DNA from: Eledone cirrhosa
Lineage: Eukaryota
NCBI GenBank assembly: GCA_964016885.1
Contig: OZ024745.1
Coordinates: forward strand, 79,360,001 to 79,424,000
Length of the DNA: 64,000 nt
Reading direction: 5' to 3'
Shown: positions 13,610 through 26,822 of the stretch, in pieces
Position numbering within the stretch: the first letter of the stretch is position 1
How the letters are laid out: each line of letters starts with the position of its first letter
The notes under the pieces: generated by a model
Databases searched by the model: none
What the model saw: the letters and a program-made list of their open reading frames with translations, nothing else
What the model was told of the DNA's origin: nothing
Made by a program: the position numbers and the translations under genes

Positions 13610-14180
13610 TTACATGTAGAGGATATATGGATACTGGAGAGAAATGAAGTGAACATGTAATGTTAGTGTGCATGAATGATGGAACATGGATAAACTGATA
13701 GAAATGCTGGGTATAAGAGGAATCAGAAGTAGTGTGCAAGAAAGAAGACTGCTAATTTGGATATATTATATGTATGGATAAGGAACACTGGGTGAAAAAG
13801 TGCCAGATGGTGCTCATGGAAGGAAACTAGTAGAGGAAGACCAAAGAAAATGTGAGCTGAGGTGGTGAGAGCTGATCTTAAATTGCCTAAGCTCATAAAG
13901 AAAGAAAAGCTGGGTCCAAGAGGAATCAGATATTGTGTGCAAGAGAGATGACTATGCTGGCTTGGATGTGTGATGCGCATAATGAAGAATGCTGAGTGAA
14001 GAAGTGCCAGTGGAAAGAAACTGCTGTGATGGAAGACTGAGAAAAACCTGGGCAGAGATAGAGTTCATCTCAAAATGCTGGACCTCACAAAGAAGATGAT
14101 GAAGGAATGCTGCCATTGGAGGGAGATTGTGATGTCCATCTCATAGCAGCATGCAAAAATATATGTAAAATGGTAGTGAT
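13610..14180 (+). mobile_element. Old RTE-type LINE 3' fragments (two tandem pieces)
   Basis: Degenerate similarity to the CVQERRLRW/GRPKKTW region of the other copies. Confidence 0.55.
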
Positions 14181-14470
14181 AATCAAGGAAACTATCTTGT
14201 ACTTCCACCTCACTAGCTATAAACAATGCACAATTAAAACCCTGAAAACAGCTGTCAAATAATGAACCTGACTATTTCTAATGATTTAAACAGCATAACT
14301 ATCTTTCAAGATGACATAACCATCACAAGCTCCACTCTGTCATTCACTTTATAATTTGTTTCATCCTTTTTTCATCTGTGAGTGTTTGCTCTCTCTCTCT
14401 GTAAATGTTAGGTTTTGTGTCTATAAAAATATTGTTAGTGCTAATGTTTCTCCATTGTTATATAAACCAG

Positions 14471-14571
14471 GCAGAGATTGAAATAATGTTGAAAGAGGAA
14501 AACATAATGGAAATAATGCAAGATTTAGATCAAACACTCAAAACTTCCAAAGCCTCAAAAACTATAGCTTG
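14471..14571 (+). CDS. PMF1: PMF1/Nnf1 exon 3
   Basis: Acceptor AACCAG|, AEIEIMLKEENIMEIMQDLDQTLKTSKASKTIA(W), donor |GTAAGT. Confidence 0.85.
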
Positions 14572-14599
14572 GTAAGTAAAATTATGTAAAGTTTTCATT

Positions 14600-14781
14600 G
14601 GTGGATTGGTAGAGGGTCGGACGCCATGCTTTGCATCATAGAGTTATGGTCCTTTACCGTCTGAGTTCAAATACTACTACGGTTAACTTTGTCTTTCATC
14701 CTTACGGGGTCAATAAAATAAAGTACTAGTAATGCATTGGGATAATGGCTGGCCTTGTGCCAAAAGTAGAAACAATTATTA
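14600..14781 (+). mobile_element. tRNA-derived SINE
   Basis: GGTGGATTGGTAGAGGGTCGGACGCC...GAGTTCAAATAC...same body and tail as the 8555 and 43082 copies. Confidence 0.8.
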
Positions 14782-14825
14782 GAGGTACAGGAACAATATT
14801 TGGTCCTCTCTCTCTTATATATATA

Positions 14826-15166
14826 GAGTGGAACCTCAGTTCCTGAAAGTCGTTTATCACCCAAAATGTTCATAAACCGAAACTGTTTTTCCTATACAGT
14901 GAGAGAGAGAGACTGTGAAAGACAGATATATTTCTTTATTTATTGTTTATTCATTATTATTTATTCATTGTGAAAGGCAGATAGATATTATCATAGTAAC
15001 TAACTAGACAGCAAGTGACACTTTTCCACTGATACTCCAAGCTTTTTGCTAACTTGCGTGTTCATTACTTGAGACACTATTCGTTAACCAAGGCGTTTTA
15101 TGTTCTAAAAAGTTTTTTAACTGATTTGTTCACGATGAAAGGCATTTGTGAACTGAGGTTCCACTG
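14826..15166. mobile_element. Tc1/mariner (Tigger-like) MITE
   Basis: TIR AGTGGAACCTCAGTTC / GAACTGAGGTTCCACTG, flanked by TA on both sides. Confidence 0.8.
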
Positions 15167-16344
15167 TATATATATATGATAATAATAATAATAATAATAA
15201 TGAAAATTATTGTGTACAGTGCTCAGGTGCACTACAACCCATCAAAGGTCAGGAAAGTGAACAGTGTCTGAGTCATGATATGCATACACACACACACTGT
15301 GCAATCACAGACACGTAAGGCATACGAATGTACGTTGTATAATGCAGTCAGTGAGTGTACACTGTTTTGTAATTATACAGAAACGTGTTATAGATTGAAC
15401 ATAATAAATTTCTCCTTCTGTCCACTACTTCCTCCCTAGTTTTGTGTGTGTTTTACTAGACCATATTTATATGTTTCATTGGAGTTTTAGGAGTTTGTCT
15501 TGAAGCTGCTATTCCCAATAATAAATCGAATTCACATACAGTGAAAGATTTTTTAAATACGTGCACAACAAATTATCAAAACAAAGTAAACCTCTTGTTG
15601 AGTCAAAAACCACTATATGCTGAAACAGTCTGCGATAAGAGTTACTCTAACTCTTGAACTAGAATAAATGGAAATGATAACTCGTATACCTATATATATA
15701 TATACACACACACACATACACATATATCATCATCATTTTATAGGTTACAAAATGGGGAGTTTTATTGGCTATTAAGTGGTAGTACAGGTGCCACAAAAAA
15801 GTACCCACCTATAAAATCCAGGCTCCAGCAAGATATTCTTGCCTAGAAAATAAAGGGAGATAAATTAACACAGCCAGTCATTTTGTTGGCATTCAACTAT
15901 TTGCTGTTTTCTTATCTTAAATATTATACTTATATTAAAATTTATCTCATAATATTTTCATCATCATTTTACATCCACTCTTCCCTGCTTGCAAGTGTGG
16001 GACAGGTCCTATTCAGCACAGCATCTCTCCACTTGTCACGGTCCTTTGTCATCTCCTCCGTGAGCTTCAGCAATCTGAGGTCTGCTCTCACCACCTCCAC
16101 CCATGTTTTTTGTGATCTTCCTTCTACTGGGATTTATTAAATATATATATAATACATTTCTTTCACCCACTCTTCTGAATATTGATGTTAAAGAAATTGT
16201 TAGATGGGTAATCAGTCTTTGAGGCTAGACAGGCAATCAGATGACTGTCTTGTTCATACGTTCTATTCTGGCATGGTTTCTATGGCTGGATACCCTTTCT
16301 AATGCCAATCACTTCATGGCATGTACTATGTTCCTTTTCTTGTG

Positions 16345-16600
16345 GTTCCAACACTACCACTTTACAGTGTTGGGGTGGGTGTATTTTATCATGGCACCAG
16401 CATTACCACTTTCCAGTGTGGGATGGGTGCACTTTATCATGGCACCAGCACTACTACATTACAGTGTTGGGGTGAGTGCATTTTATCATGGCACCAGCAC
16501 TACCATTTTATAGTATGGGATGGGTGCACTTTATCATAGCATCAGCACTACCACATTATAGTGTGGGGTGGCTGTATTTTATCATGGTACCAGCACCACT
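16345..16600 (+). repeat. ~48-bp minisatellite (RTE 3'-UTR derived)
   Basis: Repeats of TTTATCATGGCACCAGCACTACCACTTTACAGTGTGGGATGGGTGCA; paralogous array at 18000-18250. Confidence 0.85.
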
Positions 16601-16679
16601 ATTCAGTCTAGAGGTCTTTTTTTATGATTTTGTTTTTCTCTATGGTAATCAAATTGAAACATTGATTAATTCTTCTCAG

Positions 16680-16878
16680 GCGCCCAACAGGGGATGTTGA
16701 TGATGATATCCGTTCACATTTGGTACCAGGAAAGATGAAATTACGAGACAATCTACAAAATATGCTGAGTAAATTAGAAGCAGAAAACCAACAGCTACAA
16801 AACATTGTATGCCAGAAACAGAAAACTATTCTGAAAATGCAACAAGATGTGGAAGACTATAATTCTTATTTTGAAAAA
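16680..16878 (+). CDS. PMF1: PMF1/Nnf1 exon 4
   Basis: Acceptor TTCTTCTCAG|, (W)RPTGDVDDDIRSHL...LEAENQQLQNIV, matching the PMF1 AWRPSG...EAENQQL motifs; donor |GTTAGT. Confidence 0.88.
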
Positions 16879-17384
16879 GTTAGTCAAAGTTTGAAAACTT
16901 GTTATTCTTTTATTTATTTATTTATCTTATTTCGTTTTTTCATTTTGTTTTGCAGTCGATGCCATAATAAAATGCACCCACTACACTCTGTAAAGTTAGT
17001 TGGCTTTAGGAAGATAATTAAGTTGTAGAAATCACATTTTTTAGTAAGATGTGGTCCTGTAACCTGTCTAGATGGGTAGTATCTCAATAAGAACTTACTC
17101 GTACTGTGACAACCCATCTACTCATGCCAGCATTGAGAGCAGATTTAAAAGGATGATGATAAGATATATATATATATTGTTTGGCACGTTTTTTATGGCA
17201 GGATGTCCCTCATGTCATCAACTACTTTACCAAGTGTATTGGGCATATTTATTGCGTTGATCACCAACATTAAGCAGGTGGCTACATCATTGACACAACT
17301 GAAGAGTCCTTCTGACTTTTTGATTATACTCTTCCTATCACCAACCACCTTACTGAGTGTACTGGGTGCATTTATCATATAGAC

Positions 17385-17564
17385 CAAGCATGTCAAACTG
17401 AGGGTCCCCCAGGAGCCACATGTGTCGCATGTGTTGTCTGAGTGCCACACACGACAACTAATTGCGTTCATTACAAGTAATTTTTTTATTTTATATTACG
17501 AAGATAAAACATGCTCGCACTATAAAAACCTTTGTGCAGGCTGAAGATGTGCTTGACATGCCTG
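17385..17564. mobile_element. hAT (Charlie-like) MITE with 8-bp TSD ATATAGAC
   Basis: CAAGCATGTCAAAC ... GCTTGACATGCCTG; ATATAGAC at 17377-17384 and 17565-17572. Confidence 0.85.
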
Positions 17565-17684
17565 ATATAGACTACCAACACTAGAGAATTTGTGCCCTTG
17601 TAGTAGAAAAAATATAACATAAAATCAAAGTAAAAACAAAACAGATATCTAATTTTTTCTTTTTCTTTTTATTTTTTTATCCAG

Positions 17685-17738
17685 ATATCTATGAATTCAG
17701 AAGTTATCAAAAGTTCATCTGATCTATACGAAATGTAA
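17685..17738 (+). CDS. PMF1: PMF1/Nnf1 exon 5 (terminal)
   Basis: Long polypyrimidine tract then CCAG|; in phase, ISMNSEVIKSSSDLYEM*. Confidence 0.7.
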   Translation: MSMNSEVIKSSSDLYEM

Positions 17739-17999
17739 TTATTCTCTCTCTACAATTTATCTTGATATTTTATATATATATATATTTCTTTCATCATTGA
17801 TGTAAAAGAAATTGTTAGATGGGTGATCAGGCTTTGAGGCTAGACAGGTAATCCGATGACTGTCTTGTTCGTACGTTCTATTCTGGCATGGTTTCTATGG
17901 CTGGATACCCTTCCTCATACCAATTATTTCACGATATGCACTGTGTTCTTTTTCTCTTGGCTCTACTACAACCACCTGATGGGGTGGGCTGGGTGCTTT

Positions 18000-18250
18000 T
18001 TTCGTGGCACCAACACTACCACTTTACAGTGTGGGATGGGTGCATTTTATCATGGCACCAGCATTCCCACTTTACAGTATCGGATGGGTGTATTTTATCA
18101 TGGCACCAGCATTCCCACTTTACAGTGTGGGATGGGTGTATTTTATCATGGCATCAGCACTACCACCTTACAGTGTGTATTTTATCACGGCACCAGCATT
18201 ACCACTTTACAGTGTGGGATGGGTGTATTTTGTCATGACACAAGCACCAC
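18000..18250 (+). repeat. ~48-bp minisatellite, duplicate of the 16345 array
   Basis: Same unit; lies within a larger ~540-bp direct duplication. Confidence 0.85.
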
Positions 18251-19359
18251 TATTCAGTCTAAAGTTCTTTTTTTATGCTTTTGTTTTTCTCTCTGATAAG
18301 CAAATTGATTAATTCTTCTGAGGCATATGTGTTCTTTTTCCTGTGGCTCCACCACAATGACCAGAAAATTTTTTAAAGATTTATCACATTAGTATACATG
18401 ACCACAAATCAATAGGGGTTGGAAATATAGTGAGCTTCTTTGTTCAACCCTGAAGGGGTGATGAAAAGTAAAGTCAACAACAGGTGGGTATGAACTGTGA
18501 GCATGCAAGAGGGGAACAGCTAATGAAAGGTATTTAGTCCAGAACCCAAATGCCTTTATATTCAGTAATACCATAATTACCCAAATATCATCATCATCAT
18601 TGAACATCCATTTTCTATGCTAGCATGGGTTAGATGGGTTGTCTCATTTTAGGCAAGTTGGGTCAGGTGACCGTGTCTTTCTCATATAGAACTGTTTCTG
18701 GTTTGGTTTCTACGGCTGGATGCCCTTCCTAATGCCAACCACATTTACTGTGTTTGCTGGATGCTTTTGGTCATGACTCCTACACGACCACTTTAATGTG
18801 GACTGGGTACTTTTTGTTGTGTTGCCATCACGACCACTTTACAGTGTGGGCTGGGGACTTTGGTTGGAGAGGTGGGTATTTTGGGCGTGTGTGAAGAGCA
18901 GTGTTGGGGTGGAGGTGGTGCACACTAGATGTATGCTTCAGCCTGTGCTCATAGGAGGTGTATGGAAGAGTGGGGTGGATGTGAGGGTGGTGCATATTAT
19001 ATGTATGTATGAATGCCATGGAAAATGGATGTAATATGATGATGCGTTTGTGTAAGAATATATGTAAATGTTCTGATATATGTATTCATACATCCAAACA
19101 CACATTCATATTACAGCTGACAAAGAGGGTGGTTAAAATAAAATATGATAAAAATTTATGTTGTATTCAAATGAATTATATTTTTATTTTATTTATTTAC
19201 AAAAATGATATTAAACTTTTTTTAAACTTATCCCTAATTTACTTTGTTGATTATGGATTTTTTGCTATGAACAATGCATGATCTTTTTTATATTTCTACA
19301 TGACTTGGCTAGATGAAGAAGGGCAGGTCCTCTGAGACTGGCAGGAAGATTGGATTAAG

Positions 19360-19917
19360 TTATCTGTATAAAAAAGTGCAGGGCGATAAAAATAGACGGT
19401 AGCCACGGAGTAGGCAAACCCAGAAAACCTGGGACGACTTGATAAATTCCGACCTCACACACTTACACCTCCCCAAGACAATGTCACTGGACCGAGATCT
19501 TTGGCGCTACACAGTAATACAGAAGACCCGCCTTGCCTAAGTACAAAGCGAAACCTACAGTCAATAGGCACCGCTAACAAAAATACACCCCCGTCCCACT
19601 ATCCCCACCCCATCCACACCACCCCCTTCAATGTGAAGTTATGTTGGTACCACAACATCCAGTCCGAAACAAATGAGGTCGTGTAGGTGTCACGACAAAA
19701 AAACGCAGTCCACGCTGTAATGTGGCCGTGTAGGTAACACGGTAAAAACCTCCCAGTCCACACTGTAAACATGGTTGGTGTTAGGAAGGGCATCCAGCCA
19801 TAGAAAACCCGCCAGACAGTCCTATACGAGCAAGACAACCAATCTTGCCTCAAGTGGCAAAACTCCCGTCCAAACCCATGCAAGCATGGAAGATGGACGT
19901 TAAACGATGATGATGAT
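19360..19917 (+). mobile_element. RTE-type LINE 3' end with (GAT)n tail
   Basis: Closely matches the reverse complement of 34242-34850; ends GGACGTTAAACGATGATGATGAT. Confidence 0.85.
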
Positions 19918-20749
19918 ATCTTCAGATCTTGTCTAAATGCTTACAACAGAGTAGACTCTGATGGTGGTGTTAAACTGGACTGAGGATTAAATGTGAAGAA
20001 CTAGATCAGTTCCTCCAACAGGTTTCTACATAGTTACTGTCTGTGAAATTTCATTTGCAAAGTTTTGGTTGAACTGAATCTTTGATAGAAGACACTTTTC
20101 TCCAAGACTCTTTTATATTGGGATTGAAACTGAAACTCCATAGTTATGAAAGTAAATTCTTAACCACACAGCCATGCCTGCAACTACAGCTGAAATAGTT
20201 ATTAAATTATTTCTGGAACAGGTTGTTATTTAATATAATTGTATCACCAACTCTGTTTCTTTCCCTAAACCTTAATTCTGTGGGACTAATTTCTATTATC
20301 TTCATCATCACTGTTTAACATCTACTTTGCATGGGTTAGATGGGTTGTCATGTTAGATTAGTCAAATGACCATGTTTTGCCCATACATTCCATTTTTGGC
20401 TTGTCATATAGTTGGATGCCTTTCCTAACACCAACCACTTTACAGCTTGTACTGGGAACATTTAATTGTGACTCCAGCACTATCACTTGACGTACATCAA
20501 CAAATAAATAGGACCTACAGTAAAATTCTCAGATAAATAGATATAGACACACGTATATATGTGTATATATATGTAAAATTATAAGTTTGAAGAATAATCA
20601 GACAAAATTTATCCAATTCTTCCTTCTTAGTCCGTAGAAATTAACTAGATAAATAATCATTTAAACGGTACTAAGATTAAAATGTAACTTTGTATTCATC
20701 TAGATATTTCTGTCACAGGCAAGTCTAAGGAGGAGGCCCAGTTCTTCAG

Positions 20750-20945
20750 TATCAACTCCTCGGAATACCTTTTATGTAGTTTTTCAGGTTGTAGGTTTGG
20801 TTGCACAGGTCCTCTGTGCTGTCACACACATCTGGGGACATCTTGATTATGGGGCGTATGATCATTGAGAGGAAGTAGGAAATCGTGTGGTTGCTGGCGA
20901 TGTTTGCTCTGCAGACAGGTCTTGTTGGTGGTCCTGCCACAGGAT
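20750..20945 (-). mobile_element. Penelope-like RT fragment
   Basis: GPPTRPVC..N..ISYFLSMIIRP....VCDSTEDL resembles the PLE RT P.RP...LS..L..I region. Confidence 0.5.
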
Positions 20946-21019
20946 CAGTGGTTATTTTATACCTGGATTAGCATTCAACCCAAGCTTGAATGAAGTACAA
21001 GCAACTATCATACAATTAT

Positions 21020-22000
21020 GCTCTTGATAAATATGGCATCCCACCTGAAATTTTCAAATATGGTTGTCAAAACCTGGTTCATAAGCTTCTTCAGCTATTT
21101 CTGGAAATCTGGAAGGTTGAATATGTCCCTCAAGACTTCAGAGATGCATCTATAGTCCATCTCTTTAAGAACAAAAGGAAAAAAATCTATCTGTTACAAC
21201 TCTTGTGGCATCTCCCTGTATTGCTGGCAAAGTACTTGCCTGTGTCATTCTCAACAGGATTACATCCAAACTAATTGATGATATCTACCCAAGGACAGCC
21301 ATGACATGGTAATCCCTATGTTCCCATCACTGTTAATGGCAAGGATCTTGGCAGCAAGGTGAGTAGCTGTACATCCCTGGATGATAAGATCATAAATCAC
21401 ATCGCTAAAGCAACTGATGCCTTTGGCAAACTACATCATCGTTTTTGGGCCGTCAGTTTCAGTTTATCATGCAGTGGTACTGACAACACTTATATGGCTC
21501 GAAGTTATGGACTCTTTATCACACCCACATTTGATGTTTTCCACAAACATTGTCTTTGTGCTATCTGTGGTTATGCAGACTCTCCAAAGTCAAACGCCAC
21601 ATGAAGTGTAACATTGGTGGGATTGAGTAATTTCTGATCCAATCCCAACTCCGATGGGCTGGTCATGTCCTACGGATGCATAAGGATCCCACATCCAAGA
21701 TACTGTTATACTGTCAACTTCATAATAGTGTATATAAAGTAGGCAGACCATTACATAGATACAAACCAAGGTGTGAACATATCTCTTACTTCTTTTGAAG
21801 CTCCAGCTACTGACCGTGGAAAATGGAGAACTGTATGCTATGAAGGTATAAAGAACTGAAAAATCTTGTCTGGCCTATCTTCGTGATATAAGACCTAACA
21901 TCAAGATCTGATCAAATATTCCATCCTGCTCTGCTCCAAATCCTGTCATCTGCACTAAATGTGGCTCGATGTGTAAATCAGCAGCTGGACAAAGGTGTCA
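21020..22000 (+). mobile_element. Degenerate RTE (BovB-like) LINE
   Basis: GIPPEIFKYG...LFLEIW..VPQDFRDASIVHLFK, SLDD.I..IAKA..AFGKL, QLRWAGHV. Confidence 0.75.
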
Positions 22001-22069
22001 TTTAAGGCATAACCTTGAACTGAGAAGACTACTGAATCTTCATACATCGATATATGGCAGGAGAGTTGA

Positions 22070-22395
22070 TTATATATATATGTATATATATATATGAGTG
22101 TATATATGTATGTATGTGTATATATATATATATATGTGTGTGTATATATATATATATGTGTGTGTATATATGTATGTATGTGTGTGTATATATATGTATG
22201 TGTGTATATATATATATGTATCATCATCTTCGTATAACGTCCATTTTCCACGCTAGTATGGGTTATACGTATATATATATGTATGGATATATATATATAT
22301 ATATATATGTATGGATATATATATATATTTGTATATATATATGTGTGTATATATGTATGTATATATATATATGTGTGTTTATATGTATGTATACA
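22070..22395. repeat. Compound (TA)/(TG) microsatellite
   Basis: Long low-complexity TATG/TA array; accounts for the spurious ORFs here. Confidence 0.95.
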
Positions 22396-22439
22396 CCTGG
22401 GCACTGTACACAATATTTCATTATTGTTATTATTATATC

Positions 22440-22562
22440 ATGACTCATACACTGTTTATTTTCCTGACATTTGTACATTGTTCTATGTACTATACATGCA
22501 CCTTTGATGAGTTGTAGTGCACCTGAGCACTGTACACAATAATTTCATTATTATTATTATAT
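22440..22562 (+). mobile_element. CR1-type LINE 3' tail
   Basis: Matches 47220-47334 (GTTGTAGTGCACCTGAGCACTGTACACAATAATTTCATTATTA). Another copy on - at ~15180-15247. Confidence 0.8.
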
Positions 22563-23239
22563 TATATATATATGTGTGTATATATATATATATATATAAA
22601 ACGTAATGTGGTTGGTGTTAGGAAGGGCATCCAGCCGTAGAAAGTCTGCCAGATAGTCCTATATGAACGAAACACTGTCACCCGACCAACCTTGCCTCAA
22701 GTGGCACAACTCCCATCTAACCCATGCTAGCATGGAAGATGGACGTTAAACGATGATGATGATGATTATATATATATAATCATCATCATCATCGTTTTAC
22801 GTCTGCTTTTCCCTGATTGCAAGGGTGGGACGGGAACTGATTCTGGCTTGATTTCTACAGCTGGATGCCCTTCCTAACACCAACCTCATTTACAGTGACC
22901 ATTTAATGTCTATTTTTCCATGCTTGCATGGTTTTAGACGGGTTGTCCATGTTGAGACGAATCTAGCCATTTGGCTGTGCTGTACTTTGTTCAAAAGGAA
23001 CTGTATTTCGGCTGGGGTTTCACAGCTGGATGCCCTTCCTAACACAAATCACATTTACAGTGTGGAACTGGGTGGTTCTGTTGTGAGGAGGCTCTAGCCA
23101 GTTGGCCACGCCTACCCTGCTCTTAGCAGAACTGTGTTTTGGGATATATATATATATCATGTATAAAGATGTGTATATAGAAGTCACTGATACTGATAAG
23201 AAAGCAGCATGAAATTATCATTATGAGAGACTGATGAAT

Positions 23240-24211
23240 GAACAAAATGTGTGAGAAGAAAGCCAGCAGTACAAGTTAGTAGCGATGTAGTAACTAAAGC
23301 AATTAAAGACATCAAAACAGCAGGGCTATCGGGAATAGTTGCTGGGCTGGTAGAGCACACCAGTATTATCGCCAACTGCTACATGGGCAAAGGTGATGCA
23401 CTAGACAGAGGGAACTATCATGGTATCAAACTGATGGATCAGGTCATGAAAGTTACAGAAAGAGTCATTGTACAACTGATTAGGGATCAACTTAACCTAG
23501 ATGAGGTGCTGTTTGGATTTGCACCAGAAAAAAGTACTAAGGATGCCCTCTTTCTTGTGAGGCAACTGCAGGAGAAATATCTAGTTAAAAGCAAACCCCT
23601 CAACTTAACATTTGTCGACCTAGAGAAATCTTTTGACAGGGTTCCCCATTCTGTAATCTGGTGGGCACTTAAGAAACTAGATTTTAAAACAGGATGCCCT
23701 TGGGAACTCCTATATGCTGATGATCTAACTCTCATAGCTGAATCTATGACAGAACAGAGAAAAAATTCCTGACCTGGAATCAAAAGGTCTTAAAGTGAAC
23801 TTGGCAAAAACCAAAGTTCTAGTAAGTAGTCAGGAAAATAAGGCCCTGATCCCTTCTGAGAAATGGCCTTGCTCAGTGTGTAAGAAAGGGGTGGGTAGAA
23901 ATTCCGTCCTCTGTCCCAAATGCAAGTTAAAGGAACACAGGAGATGTAGTGGAATCAGGTAGGTTCGCTAAGAACATAGGTTTTACTTGTAGCCATTGCA
24001 CAGGAGCAGTAAGTTACAAACACTAACAGGAAACAAGTGCTATCAAATTCTTGGAAGATTACATGGAAGCAGTTAAAAGCTTCTGCAACCTGGGTGACCA
24101 AATAAGCTGTGGAGGTGGGTGTAGCCAAAAATATGGTAGCCAGAGTGAGAACAGGATGGTAAAAGTTCAGGGAGCTACTATCACTGCTAGCCACAAAAGG
24201 TTTTTCCCTCA
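23240..24211 (+). mobile_element. RTE-type LINE RT fragment with internal deletions
   Basis: GNYHGIKLMDQVMK, FVDLEKSFDRV, LLYADDL. Confidence 0.88.
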
Positions 24212-25773
24212 AAATCCCACTGCCTTCTGACTGGAGTTGTGACAGGAAAATAGTATCAGTAGTGGAAGTTGTTCCATAATTCTGATCTAATCATTCCTTT
24301 CCTTTCACATTTTTAGTCTGTATTCCCCAATAAATTGGAGTTTTAATATATATATACTAATAAAGCAACAACAGAAGGCTGAACTGAAAAATTTACTTTA
24401 GAATTTTAATCCCTAGGAAGCACTATACATATTTTGATGACCCAGGTGTTATTTGCAGAATTATATAACAGGATTACATTGAATCCAAACAGAGAATAGA
24501 AAATATTTCTACCCACTGGTAAACAGCCTAACATAAATGGTATATATATAAATATAAAATGTAGGATCTTGATGTAAATCAGGTGACCACTGTCAAAAAA
24601 GGTACTCAATATGTTAGAGTATAGGGATATTCATTTTATTATAGAATGACTTCTACAGGACTAAAACTGTCTCATAAGAAATCAGCAGGAAAATCAGATA
24701 ATTTTTGTCAGCTTCAGTATTTAGTTTCCTTGGAATGGGTGTTGGCAGGAGAGATTAAAGGAGGGGGTTGATAGTGAGAGGATAGATAGATAGATGGGGA
24801 TGTGATGTAGTAGGAAATGGAGAAGATGGAGGAAATGAATAAGAAAGGGTAAGGGTGATTAAGAATATGTTTTGTAGTTTATGGAAAGCATTTAGGAAGC
24901 TAGGCCAAGCATGGTTGGGTTTTGGTGCTAATGGTCAAGTTGTTTACCAAAAAAAAAAAAAAAAATCTTTTCATATAAGTATATACATACACTTACACAT
25001 GAATATATATATATACATTCACACACACATACATACATATATATTGCACTCATTTGTACATATACACATATATATTTCTTCCTTTTTCCTTTTCTCCTCC
25101 TTTGTCTTCTCCATCGCCTACTACACCACATCTCAACAGAGTACTTGATACTTGGGATAGTAGAGTATGACTACATTAGAATGAGCCGAAGCCCAGACTC
25201 TTTCTAATATATATATTACTCCTAGTGGTAATACTAACAGAGTGCTTACTTTGAAGATGCAAATGAATTTTTCCAATAAATTCCTGCTTTTAGACAACAC
25301 AGTGGAGGTAGAGCAACTCATTTTGAAGCTGCTGGTGAATACCAGTATGACCAGTGCCTGAAAAAATATCTTACGTTTTCCCTATGTTATTTTCTGGACA
25401 GTACTCACCGAAGACATCTGCTGATTCCGGTTCTATGCAACTACTGTTGGAATATGCACTTATTCACGTACCTGATACTAACATTTTGGCATTGGTGAAA
25501 CTGATGCTTGTTTGGGTATATATAAATATTTTTCGATATTTTTGTTAATTGAATCAATTATCAATTGGTTGATATCAGTTGTATTAATTTTATTGATAAC
25601 CCTAATAAATTTGTTCAATATTGCCACTATACTCCTAAATCTGTATGAAAGTACTGTTGCCTGGATTCATTCCAATTAGCATTGAGTAGTGTGTGACACA
25701 GAGTTACAATGCCATGAGTGTGCAAAGCATCTTACGGTAGTGTGATTTTGTAAATTTATTAGTATATATATAT

Positions 25774-26050
25774 GAAGGCACGTAGCTTCGTGGTTAGGGT
25801 ATTCGGCTCAAAATCATATAGTCGTGAGTTCGATTACCAGCAGCACATTATGTCCTTGAATAAGACACTTTATTTCACGTTGCTTCAGTCCACTCAGCAG
25901 GCAAAAATGAGATGCACCTGTCACATTGAATCTCCCCCAAAAAATACGTTTAGGGTACACATGTCTGTGGAATGCTCAGGCACTTGCACGTCAATTTCAC
26001 GAGCAGGCTGTTCCATTGATTAGATCAATAGGAATACTCATTGTCGTAAC
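25774..26050 (+). mobile_element. tRNA-derived SINE (second family, CORE-like middle)
   Basis: GCTTCGTGGTTAGGG..GAGTTCGATT head and TGTCCTTGAATAAGACACTTTATTTCACGTTGC core. Related copies on - at ~13200-13420, 49835-49982 and 53170-53500. Confidence 0.7.
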
Positions 26051-26822
26051 CGATGGAGTGCCATCCATCTATATATATGAGTGCATTAGTGGCCTCGACA
26101 CTAATGTGCAAGTGACTGAGCAGTCTATAGATACATGTATCCTTAACACAATTTCTGAACTGAATCAGCATGATACAATATGTGACAAAGCTGCACCTTT
26201 GATTAACAGGTACAATTGATACAGACAAACAGACAATATATATGATGAGCTTCCAGAGTTTTCATCTACCCAATTCATTTATGTCTGAGTTCAAAAGAAA
26301 AGATATCTATATATATAGAGTGGTGAAATTTTCATCACTGCTCTAACAGATGTTAGTAATTAAATGTATAAAAAATATAAATTAAAAACCGTTGCAACTG
26401 GCTGAGTTGATGATGTTAAGCTACTAGTTCAAGGGTTAGCAGTTGATATGTCAACAGCACTGCATTGTGAATATGGCCATAGCGCTGTCCATTTTGCTGT
26501 AAACAGTAACCTGCAATGGCTCAGGGGTATCCATATTGGGGGTGGGTAGTGGGAGGCATCCAACAAAAGTATCACAGAATCTTCTATTCAATAGAGTTAC
26601 TGAGCATAGATTTCTCAAGTGCCCATCAAAAATCTTCTCCCAGGTCAAAATGCCTCTAAAACTCGAGTTTTAGAGGCATACAATCAAGGAGCTCGCCCTG
26701 TGCATCACCAAACCTCTGCATGCATAGGTAATTATAGCTGATGGAAACAGGAATGTTATATAATTAAAAACTATTTCCATAGTTTTCAATGCTAAGTTCA
26801 AATCATACTAGAGGTATAGCAT

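Noticed and set aside
16241-18312. Repetitive ORFs / CRISPR-like array
   Set aside because: Tandem 48-bp minisatellite without unique spacers, in eukaryotic DNA with no cas genes.
21955-22517. Several 70-150-aa ORFs
   Set aside because: Translations of (TA)/(TG) microsatellite.
25249-25472. Possible minus-strand exons (MSCSTSTVLSK...|GTAAGC)
   Set aside because: Splice-like sites only; no recognisable protein or linked exons.
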